This document shows positions 8,509-16,390 of a stretch of DNA of 32,000 nt, piece after piece. The first letter of the stretch is position 1. Every line of letters starts with the position of its first letter. The notes below the pieces were generated by a model. That model was not told where the DNA came from. It saw nothing but the letters and a program-made list of their open reading frames with translations, and ran no database searches. The position numbers were made by a program, and so were the translations under genes. The stretch comes from Planctomycetales bacterium (GTDB taxonomy: Bacteria; 4484-113; JAFGCY01): positions 3,060,001 through 3,092,000 of the forward strand of contig CP060262.1 of assembly GCA_022646745.1 (NCBI GenBank). The letters are read 5' to 3'.

Positions 8509-9436
8509 CTTCTTCTTCCTGTTCCGTGAGTTCGTGGAAAGCCTGCGCCACAGCCGCTTCCTGCACCTGACCTATGGCGCGCAGGTGACGATCAGCCTGC
8601 TGGTGCTCGGCATCTTCTTCGTGATCCTCGTCGGCGGCGCGATCGCCTGGAAGAAGCTCGGTGACCAGCTTGAGATCCACGTGTTCCTGAAGGATGACCT
8701 GAGTGCCAAGCAGATAAATGCGATGGAGCAGGACATCACCAACATGGAGTTCGTCAAGGCGGTGAAGTTCCGCTCGAAGGACGAGGCACTGGCGATCTTC
8801 TCCGCCCGCAGCAGCACGCTGGAACTGAATGACCTGCTGGAGAACAACCCGCTGCCGGCCAGCTTCGTGATCCAGGCCAGCGATCCGGAGCATATCGAGG
8901 ACGTTGTGGCCCAGTGCGAAAAGCTGACCGGGACGCTGGCCACGCGCTACGGCTCACAGGTGGTGGAGAAGTACCTGAAGATCCTGATGATCCTCGTGAT
9001 CGTCTGCCTGATCACGATCAGCCTGCTGGTGCTGTTCACCTACTCAAGCATCAACAACATCATCGCCCTGTCCGTCTATGCACGGCGCACGGAGATCCGC
9101 ATCATGCAGCTCGTGGGAGCGACCTGGTGGTTCATCCGCTGGCCGTTCATCTTCGAGGGAATCTTCTTCGGTTTCCTCGGGGCGGGCATTGCGTACATCA
9201 TAATTTTCGGGTTGCTGGTCAGCATGAAGCAGGCGCTGGCCCTGACCGACCTGGCCCAGGCCATGCCGAGTCTCGGGGTCGACGAAAGCTACCTGTTCAT
9301 GGCACTGGCCAGCCTGCTCGTGGGACTGGGAATCGTCGTCGGATTCTTCGGCTCGCTCAGAACCGTGAACAACTTCCTGCGGAGGGAGCTGGAGCTGCAG
9401 CTTGAGAGCATCAAGGTCATGAAGCAGCTCAAGTGA
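8501..9436 (+). CDS. ftsX: cell-division permease-like protein FtsX
   Basis: 311 aa from ATG 8501 (MRSFFFLFREF...), overlapping the ftsE stop (ATGCGTAG). It has an N-terminal TM helix, a periplasmic domain and three C-terminal TM helices with the FtsX-like motif (RRTEIRIMQLVGATWWFIRWPF). Confidence 0.9.
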   Translation: MRSFFFLFREFVESLRHSRFLHLTYGAQVTISLLVLGIFFVILVGGAIAWKKLGDQLEIHVFLKDDLSAKQINAMEQDITNMEFVKAVKFRSKDEALAIFSARSSTLELNDLLENNPLPASFVIQASDPEHIEDVVAQCEKLTGTLATRYGSQVVEKYLKILMILVIVCLITISLLVLFTYSSINNIIALSVYARRTEIRIMQLVGATWWFIRWPFIFEGIFFGFLGAGIAYIIIFGLLVSMKQALALTDLAQAMPSLGVDESYLFMALASLLVGLGIVVGFFGSLRTVNNFLRRELELQLESIKVMKQLK

Positions 9437-9449
9437 GAGAGGGACAAGC

Positions 9450-10583
9450 ATGAAAGGGAACATTGCCAGAATCTGCATCGTGAGCCTGCTGAGCCTGTTC
9501 GTGCTCGGCGGCACTTCGTGGGGCCAGAGCGCCAAGCTGGAGAAGCAGCAGAAGCAGAACAGCAAGAAGGCCGACCAGCTCTGGGGTGAGATCAAGAAGC
9601 TCAAGCAGCAGGGCGTGGTGGTGCAGAATGCCATCGAGGTGATCGACCAGCAGATCAACGCCAAGAACCGCCAGATCGCGGGCATCGAGTCCCAGCTTGC
9701 GGAAGCCGAGAAGAAGCGCAAGGCCAGCGAGGATGAGAAGATCGCGCTGGAGAAGAAGGTCAGCGAGCACAAGCTGCGCCTCTCGGAGCGGGCTCGCACG
9801 CTCTACATGCAGGGTGAGTTGTCCTACGTGGACGTGATGTTCAACGTGGCGGACTTCGGCGAGCTCGTGGACCGCATGTTCTTTGTACAGACGATCCTGG
9901 AGCAGGACCAGCAGATCGTGACTGACACCAAGGCCTCGCAGCAGGAGCTGGAACAGAAGGTGTCCGCGATCGCCCTGCAGATTGAGGAAATCGACAAGAT
10001 CAAGGTCAGCCTCGAGGAGGAGAAGAAGTCCCTCGAGCGCCTGAGCAGCGAGCAGCGCAACACCAACCTGGCCATCGAACAGGACATTGACGTCTACCTC
10101 AAGGAAATCCGTGAGCTTGAGGAAACCAACAAGCGCATCATCAAGGAACTGGCTGCAATCGCCGCAGACAAGGATCGCTCCTACAAGGGTGAATGGAAGG
10201 GCAGCTTCGCCAAGCCCTGCAGCGGCACGATCACGAGCCCGTTTGGTCCCCGCGTCCATCCCGTCTACAAGAAGCGCCGGATGCATACCGGTGTGGACAT
10301 CGGTGCCCCGAAGGGCACACCGATCCGTGCCAGTGGTGATGGCAAGGTGATCGTCGCCAAGTACTACGGCGGCTACGGCAACACCGTGATCATTGACCAC
10401 GGCAACAGCCGCACGACCCTGTATGGCCACATGAGCAAGTTCAGCTGCAAGGAAGGCCAGGAAGTGAAGCAGGGCGACAAGATCGGCGAGGTCGGCAGCA
10501 CCGGCATCAGCACCGGCAACCACTGCCACTTCGAAGTCCGCATCAAGGGCGAACCGGTCGATCCGACCAAGTCAATGAAGTAA
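9450..10583 (+). CDS. EnvC-like coiled-coil murein hydrolase factor with M23 (LytM) peptidase domain
   Basis: Signal peptide, about 230 aa of K/E/Q-rich coiled coil, then an M23 domain with HTGVD and HCHFE motifs. Located directly after ftsEX. Confidence 0.88.
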   Translation: MKGNIARICIVSLLSLFVLGGTSWGQSAKLEKQQKQNSKKADQLWGEIKKLKQQGVVVQNAIEVIDQQINAKNRQIAGIESQLAEAEKKRKASEDEKIALEKKVSEHKLRLSERARTLYMQGELSYVDVMFNVADFGELVDRMFFVQTILEQDQQIVTDTKASQQELEQKVSAIALQIEEIDKIKVSLEEEKKSLERLSSEQRNTNLAIEQDIDVYLKEIRELEETNKRIIKELAAIAADKDRSYKGEWKGSFAKPCSGTITSPFGPRVHPVYKKRRMHTGVDIGAPKGTPIRASGDGKVIVAKYYGGYGNTVIIDHGNSRTTLYGHMSKFSCKEGQEVKQGDKIGEVGSTGISTGNHCHFEVRIKGEPVDPTKSMK

Positions 10584-10701
10584 AGGTAGCGGTAGTATCT
10601 CCGGAGCCTGCGTTACACTTTAGCCACTTCCGAACATCTTTAGGGGTGCGGGCAGTCCTATGCCACATCCGACCCGGAGGGTTTTCTTGGAGAACAATCG
10701 C

Positions 10702-12150
10702 ATGACCAACTTCCTGGTACGTTTCAGCGTGCTGCTTCTCGTGGCGGTCGCCTCACTGTTCCTCGGCATGAAACTGGCCCGGTCCAGCGACGGCAGCCTC
10801 GGCACCACCGACCTGCTGGGCAAGATCCGCAGCATGCAGAACCCGAACCTGGTCAAGAAGGCATTCGACCTGCTGGACCGTGATTACTACACTGAGCTGG
10901 ATGAGCAGACCAAGCAGAAGATGGAGTATGCAGCTGTGACCGGCATGCTGTCCGTGCTGCGGGATGACCCATACAACGACGACTTCACACACTTCTACAA
11001 CCCGGAGCTGTATAAGGACCTGAATGCCCAGACCACCGGTGAGTATGCCGGCGTCGGCATCCTGATGGGCCTCAGCGCTGACGGGCATTATCCCGAGATC
11101 GTGACCGTGTTCCCCAATACCCCGGCTGAGGAGTCGGGCCTGCACAAGGATGACGTGATCGCCGAGATCGAGGGTGATGACACCTTCAACATGATCCTGC
11201 CCGAAGTGGCGGCCAAGATCAAGGGCCCGATCGGCACCAAGGTCAAGGTGAAGATCTTCCGCGCTGGCGAGCCGGATTTCCTGGACTTCGAGATTGAGCG
11301 GCGCAACGTTGAGTACAGCTCAGTTGCAGTTGCTGAGATGTATGACGGTGGCGTTGGCTACATCAAGATCTCCAACTTCGCCGAGGAGACTGGGCCTGAC
11401 TTCCGCCGCAACATGGAGGAACTGCAGGCCCAGGGCATGAAGTCCGTGATCATCGACCTGCGTGACAACACAGGCGGTGTGCTGACTGCGGCCCGCGACG
11501 TTGCGGACTGCTTCGTGAAGGACGGCATGATCGTCGAGGTGCAGACCCGCAACTCCTCCGAGAGTGCGCAGCTCAGTGCTGACCCGAACACCGAGAAGTT
11601 TGATGTACCTGTCGTGGTGCTGATCAATGACGGCACCGCCAGCGCCAGTGAGGTGCTGACCCAGGCCCTGCTGGACTACGGCAAGGCCAAGGTGGTCGGC
11701 GAGCAGAGCTTCGGCAAGGGAGTGGTGCAGGCCGTGATCCCGATGGACTACGACGAGAACGGCGATGAGCACAGCGCACTGGCAGTCGTGATCGGCAAGT
11801 ACTACACCCCCTCGCATACCGAGATCCATAAGGAAGGCATTGCGCCGCAGATCTGGTACGACGTGAACAACCAGCTCAAGGACGATCCCTACCTGAAGGA
11901 GCTCGACGAGAAGATCATCGAGAAGAGCAAGGAAATCCAGGAGCTGCGCACGGAGCTGACCCGCTACCTGCGTGCAAATGACGCGATGCTCAAGAAGGGT
12001 GAGGACGTGGCCAAGCAGCTGGCCAGTGGGCAGGAGGTGCCGGATGAGCCGAAGCTCGAGCCGGAGGAGGACATGGAAGGCCACCTCACCGCCGATGCGC
12101 TGGACAGTACTCCCGGACCGGAACCCGGCAGCGAGAGCGAAACCAACTGA
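10702..12150 (+). CDS. ctpA: S41 family C-terminal processing peptidase (Ctp/Prc-like) with PDZ domain
   Basis: PDZ region (GVGILMG...VFPNTPAEESGLHKDDVI). Catalytic Ser in NDGTASASEV and catalytic Lys in SFGKGVVQ. Start preferred at ATG 10702 (GGAG about 10 nt upstream, followed by a signal-anchor); ATG 10660 is possible. It carries a roughly 90-aa coiled/acidic C-terminal tail. Confidence 0.9.
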   Translation: MTNFLVRFSVLLLVAVASLFLGMKLARSSDGSLGTTDLLGKIRSMQNPNLVKKAFDLLDRDYYTELDEQTKQKMEYAAVTGMLSVLRDDPYNDDFTHFYNPELYKDLNAQTTGEYAGVGILMGLSADGHYPEIVTVFPNTPAEESGLHKDDVIAEIEGDDTFNMILPEVAAKIKGPIGTKVKVKIFRAGEPDFLDFEIERRNVEYSSVAVAEMYDGGVGYIKISNFAEETGPDFRRNMEELQAQGMKSVIIDLRDNTGGVLTAARDVADCFVKDGMIVEVQTRNSSESAQLSADPNTEKFDVPVVVLINDGTASASEVLTQALLDYGKAKVVGEQSFGKGVVQAVIPMDYDENGDEHSALAVVIGKYYTPSHTEIHKEGIAPQIWYDVNNQLKDDPYLKELDEKIIEKSKEIQELRTELTRYLRANDAMLKKGEDVAKQLASGQEVPDEPKLEPEEDMEGHLTADALDSTPGPEPGSESETN

Positions 12151-12242
12151 TACGCTGGATTTGGCCAGCAATGATGTAGAATCAGCCCGCAGTCGGATGG
12201 TGGGTTCCGGCCGCGGAATACATAAACTCAGGATCTGAAAAT

Positions 12243-12746
12243 ATGGAACGCCGACGCCCGATACACGTCAGCCAGCGGCTGGCTGTATTCGTTGATGTCC
12301 AGAACATGTTCTACTCCGCCCGCGCCCTATACCAGCGCAAGCTGAACTTCCAGCAGCTGGCCGAGAAGGTGACAATGGGCCGCCGCATGATCCGTGCGCT
12401 GGCCTACATCGTTCAGACCCCCGAGATTGACCAGAGCAGCTTCATCAACTTCCTGCACCAGGTGGGATACGAGGTGAAGAGCAAGGAGCTCAAGAAGCGG
12501 CCGGATGGCAGCGCCAAGGGCGACTGGGACATGGGGATCGCGATTGACTCGATCAGCCTGATGGACCGAGTGGACGTGGTGGCGCTTGTCAGTGGCGACG
12601 GTGACTTCTGCGACCTCGTGCGGCACCTGAAGGCACACGGCGTGCGCGTGGAAGTGTACGGATTCACCGGATCGACCAGCGAGGAACTGAGGCTGACCGC
12701 CTCGGAATTCATTCCATTGGACGCAGACGTACTCCTTTATGAATAG
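12243..12746 (+). CDS. NYN-domain (LabA/DUF88-like, PIN-fold) protein
   Basis: 167 aa with LAVFVDVQN, GDWDMGIAID and LVSGDGDFCDLVRHLKAHGVRVEVYG, matching the conserved acidic-residue pattern of the NYN/LabA family. Confidence 0.85.
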   Translation: MERRRPIHVSQRLAVFVDVQNMFYSARALYQRKLNFQQLAEKVTMGRRMIRALAYIVQTPEIDQSSFINFLHQVGYEVKSKELKKRPDGSAKGDWDMGIAIDSISLMDRVDVVALVSGDGDFCDLVRHLKAHGVRVEVYGFTGSTSEELRLTASEFIPLDADVLLYE

Positions 12747-13824
12747 ACTGCTGTTGCCAGCCGGACTGCTTGCGCTGCTCGTGATGCAGCCTGCAGTTTC
12801 GGTCGCACAGCATGAAGCGGGGGATGACGACGTGCTGCGCATCCGCAGCAACGGACGGACCCGCATCGAGATCCATGAGGGCAACCAGGTAGCCGTCTAC
12901 ACCGGTGGAGTGCAGTTCGAATACCAGGACTATCGCCTCAGTGCCGACAGCCTGCGCTACAGCCAGGCCGACAGCTTCGCTGAGGCAACTGGCAACGTGC
13001 ACCTTGAACAGACCGGCAGCCGGCTGGATACGCAGCGTGTCGAGATCTACATCGATGAGAACCTGCTGCGCTGCCCAGGTGAAATCAGCGGCATGCTCAG
13101 CGAGCAGGGACTGGCATTCAATGCTGAGTCCGGTACGGTGAAGCTGACGGGCCAGCCCGGTGATGAGCAAAGTACATATCGAATCGAGCTGCGCGACAAG
13201 GTGCAGGTGTTCAGTCGCGAGGGCTACCAGTTCACGACGAGCATCGTGACGATGGACACCGATAGCGGGCTGGTCAATGTTCCGCAGCCCTTCAGCCTGC
13301 TGCTGCCGGTTGCCGATGATGCCCGCAGCGGACCGTCGGCCACTCCGGTAATGATGAGTGACCTCGTGCTGAACGGTGCCTCGATGACCGGGCAGCTGGA
13401 TGAGCGCAACCAGCTTTCCAGCCTGCATGCGCTGGCCACTGAAATCAAGGGTGAACAGCTTAATTTCAGCGCCGGCAGCGTGAATGCGAAGTTCCTGGAC
13501 AATGGACACGATGGCACGATGATCGACCTGCTGGCCACCGGGTCTCCGGTGAGGGGTTCACTGCGCCAGCCAAAGCAGGACCTCAGTTTCAGCGCTGATA
13601 CGATTTCGGGAACAATTGACCCCGGATACGGGTCGCAGTTCCTGTTGAGTGGTGGGATAGACCTGTCCGCCGACATGGCCCTGCTGAAGAGCGACCTGCT
13701 CAGCATCGTGCAGGATCAGCAGGGAGTTCGGATAGTGTTTCCGGAGGGACTGGAAGCGGGGATGGCGCTTGACGTGATCAGCGGCAACGAAGGCCTCGAC
13801 CTGTCAGAGATACTGCACAAGTAA
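12739..13824 (+). CDS. exported protein with two OstA/LptA-like beta-jellyroll regions
   Basis: Signal peptide MNRLLLPAGLLALLVMQPAVSVA. It shows an LptA/OstA_N-like alternating pattern (VYTGGVQFEYQDYRLSADSLRYSQADSFAEATGNVHLEQ...), repeated in the C-terminal half. Start overlaps the NYN stop (ATGAATAG). The family call rests on pattern recognition only. Confidence 0.5.
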   Translation: MNRLLLPAGLLALLVMQPAVSVAQHEAGDDDVLRIRSNGRTRIEIHEGNQVAVYTGGVQFEYQDYRLSADSLRYSQADSFAEATGNVHLEQTGSRLDTQRVEIYIDENLLRCPGEISGMLSEQGLAFNAESGTVKLTGQPGDEQSTYRIELRDKVQVFSREGYQFTTSIVTMDTDSGLVNVPQPFSLLLPVADDARSGPSATPVMMSDLVLNGASMTGQLDERNQLSSLHALATEIKGEQLNFSAGSVNAKFLDNGHDGTMIDLLATGSPVRGSLRQPKQDLSFSADTISGTIDPGYGSQFLLSGGIDLSADMALLKSDLLSIVQDQQGVRIVFPEGLEAGMALDVISGNEGLDLSEILHK

Positions 13825-13831
13825 CCAAGTG

Positions 13832-16276
13832 ATGAAGCGCCTGGCCGTCATACTGCTGCACACGCTGCTAGCCATTGCCTTGGCACATGGCCGCGCGCAC
13901 GCGGTCGATGGTGACATCACGAAAATTGATCCTCCCAATGCAAAGCAGGGACAGACCGTGATGCTTACCATCAGCGGCAATAACCTGCCGCAGGGCGGGG
14001 TGTCGCTGGACTTCTTCCCGCAGCGCATCCAGTTGCTGAAGATCCTTTCCAGCAGTGCCGAGGAGATCGTGGCACAGGTCCGTATTCCGCAACTGGCACC
14101 GGCCGGTTCATACAACGTTCTGATCTACAACCATCTCGGCGAGGAAGCCTTCGGCGAGAAGATGTTCAGTGTTGACAGCGACCTGGTGGTACCGGTGATC
14201 AAGGACTACGACCCGAAGGTGATCGCCGAGGCTGACAACGGCTTCGCGCTGCTGCTGACCTGTGACGCCATCTCCGAGGCCGCAGTCAGCCACCTGAACA
14301 TTGAATGGACCAAGAGCAACCTGGAGCTGCGCCGGCTGAACACCGTGTTCACATATGCGGGCCCCGAGCAGATCGTGGCTGCGGTCAGCGGTGCCCTGCC
14401 GGAGGGCAGCATTCGCGGCAAGCTGATGTTTGACAGCATGCCGATCTACCTGATCGAGCTGACGATCCGCAACAGCACCGGTGCGTATGTGCTCGGCTTC
14501 AGTCCGGCGGAGCTGGAACCGGTTGCCGGGCAGGAGATCAAGCTGATCGGCAGTGGCTTCAACCACAGCTTCCTGGAGGGGCTGACGATCCAGCTTTTGC
14601 ATGAGGACCAGCCGATCGTGCCGACTGCCAAGCGAGTGATTGACAGCAACAGCATCACAATTTCCTTTGACAGTGAACTGCAGCCCGGGCGTTATACGCT
14701 GGTTGTCAGGCAGGGTGAGGAGACGTTGCTGCTGGAGGACCTGACGGTCAAGGCCGCCGGCCTGATCACCCAGCCGACGGAAAATGGTGTTTCCAGCAAT
14801 GGCAGCAACCTGACGGAAGCTCCACCGGTGGATAATGGCAACACCTATACACCCTGGCAGCCCAGTGGCAACTGGCAGGGTACGGACGCAGGTGACCTGA
14901 TCAGCCTGAGCCTGGTTTCGAGTGAGATGCTGCCCGGGGCTGACCCGGCGCGCTTCACCTTGCAGGGTATCCGGCTGTCGGAGCTTGATGCTGACAACCT
15001 GAGCTATAGCCTGCAGCGCCAGATCGGCGGCTCAGAGCTGCTGTTCAGCGGGTTCACCAACAGCGGCATCACCTGCATCTTCGGGCCTGAGGGGGAGGAC
15101 TGGCATGCCGGCGAGCGGCTGGAGCTGCGCGTAGTGGATGCCGCCAACAGCATGGTGCCATTCAGTACGGAGCTGGAACTCGGGATCAGTGGCACACGTG
15201 AACTGGCATCACGGCCGGCTACACCGGGATCTGCGGAGAACCGCATCCTCAATTCGGACTGGTCCGTGGTGCTGACTAACCATGAACAGGGACCACAGGG
15301 CACAAGCTGCAAGGTTCACTTGCAGTGCACTGCGGATGACAAACCGGAGGTGGCGCTGCTTAATGGCGACTTCACCTTCATCCCGGATGATCCCAACTAT
15401 TCCGTTGCCTTTTCAAACATCAGCTACAACGGCCCACTGAGCATCAGCAGGGAAGGGGATTCCTACCTCGCCGAATTTACCGGCCTGTTCGTGCCCGGCA
15501 CGATTGAACTGAGCATCAACAACCTGATGGATCCGGTGCTGGATACCGATATCCGCTTCGAGTTCCCGCTGCCGGTTGCCATGCTGGAGGCCGGGGAGGT
15601 GGAAGGCCTGAACCTTGACCCGGCCAGCTACGTGCTGGACAGGCCGAACCTGGCCTGCTCTGTGGACTTCGCACCATTCATCCCGAATTCGGCGGAGTTG
15701 ATCAGAGCCAGCCTTGTGCCGGCCCCGGTTGTGGTGCAGTCCCTGCCGCAGAACAGCCTGGAGGGCAGCATTGTCAGGATCAGTGCACCGACCGGCCAGT
15801 GGGACGCCGCGACGGTGTTCGGCGCAGGCCTGCAACTGAGGCTGGATGCCGGAGTGAAGTTCGACTGGCGCAACGGCCAGAGCATCCTTTACCCGGTGAC
15901 GCAGGCGGAAGCGGTAGTCGAAGAGATCAGTGTCTCGATGCCCAAGCGGCCGGTGGTGATGGACGGCGAGGGATTCACCCTGATCATCCAGCCGCGCGGT
16001 CCCGGCAGCGAGAAGATGGACTGGACCAGGGTCAAGCTCAGCAGTGACAACCAGCTGCTGAACAACAACATAGACAGCTTTGCCGTCAGCTCGGAAGCAT
16101 CCGACTTCCTCGGGGAACCCGCAGTCAACCTGCTGTTCAGGCGTGGCCGGGGCCTGAGTGCCGAGGCATTCAGTGCGCTGGCTGATCAGCTGGTAGATGC
16201 CGGCGAAGTGGCAATCACGCTTTACTGGGATGAGAGCAAGTATTCACTGCAGGCAAACATAGACTTCGTACACTAA
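13832..16276 (+). CDS. large exported protein with N-terminal IPT/TIG-like (Ig-fold) repeats; function unknown
   Basis: 814 aa from ATG 13832 (GTG 13829 also possible). Signal peptide MKRLAVILLHTLLAIALAHGRAHA. At least three segments resemble IPT/TIG domains (e.g. ITKIDPPNAKQGQTVMLTISGNNLP..., VLGFSPAELEPVAGQEIKLIGSGF...). It starts 5-8 nt after the preceding gene. Confidence 0.6.
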   Translation: MKRLAVILLHTLLAIALAHGRAHAVDGDITKIDPPNAKQGQTVMLTISGNNLPQGGVSLDFFPQRIQLLKILSSSAEEIVAQVRIPQLAPAGSYNVLIYNHLGEEAFGEKMFSVDSDLVVPVIKDYDPKVIAEADNGFALLLTCDAISEAAVSHLNIEWTKSNLELRRLNTVFTYAGPEQIVAAVSGALPEGSIRGKLMFDSMPIYLIELTIRNSTGAYVLGFSPAELEPVAGQEIKLIGSGFNHSFLEGLTIQLLHEDQPIVPTAKRVIDSNSITISFDSELQPGRYTLVVRQGEETLLLEDLTVKAAGLITQPTENGVSSNGSNLTEAPPVDNGNTYTPWQPSGNWQGTDAGDLISLSLVSSEMLPGADPARFTLQGIRLSELDADNLSYSLQRQIGGSELLFSGFTNSGITCIFGPEGEDWHAGERLELRVVDAANSMVPFSTELELGISGTRELASRPATPGSAENRILNSDWSVVLTNHEQGPQGTSCKVHLQCTADDKPEVALLNGDFTFIPDDPNYSVAFSNISYNGPLSISREGDSYLAEFTGLFVPGTIELSINNLMDPVLDTDIRFEFPLPVAMLEAGEVEGLNLDPASYVLDRPNLACSVDFAPFIPNSAELIRASLVPAPVVVQSLPQNSLEGSIVRISAPTGQWDAATVFGAGLQLRLDAGVKFDWRNGQSILYPVTQAEAVVEEISVSMPKRPVVMDGEGFTLIIQPRGPGSEKMDWTRVKLSSDNQLLNNNIDSFAVSSEASDFLGEPAVNLLFRRGRGLSAEAFSALADQLVDAGEVAITLYWDESKYSLQANIDFVH

Positions 16277-16378
16277 ACTGCACTGCCGCGCCGGCTGACT
16301 TTTCGTACACGGTAAAACTGCTCCTAGATATCGATTAAGAGTGCCAACAGTCCCTGCGGCGCTGTTACATTCTTCGGC

Positions 16379-16384
16379 AAGGAG
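16379..16384 (+). promoter_or_regulatory. consensus Shine-Dalgarno AAGGAG, 6 nt upstream of ATA 16391
   Basis: Read directly: ggcAAGGAGcagaccATAgaggat. Confidence 0.6.
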
Positions 16385-16390
16385 CAGACC

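Noticed and set aside
9429-10529. 366-aa minus-strand ORF
   Set aside because: It is antisense to the EnvC-like gene. The product is A/L/V/D-rich with no motifs, which is typical of the mirror frame of a coiled-coil-encoding GC-rich gene.
10643-10649. GGGGTGC heptamer (matches the TPP-riboswitch P2 motif) upstream of the S41 protease gene
   Set aside because: It is an isolated match with no CUGAGA or other THI-box elements downstream, and the gene context is unrelated to thiamine.
16285-16308. Possible intrinsic terminator after the 814-aa gene (GCCG-cgc-CGGC followed by tgactttt)
   Set aside because: The stem is only 4 bp with a 3-nt loop and a short T-run, which is too weak to call.
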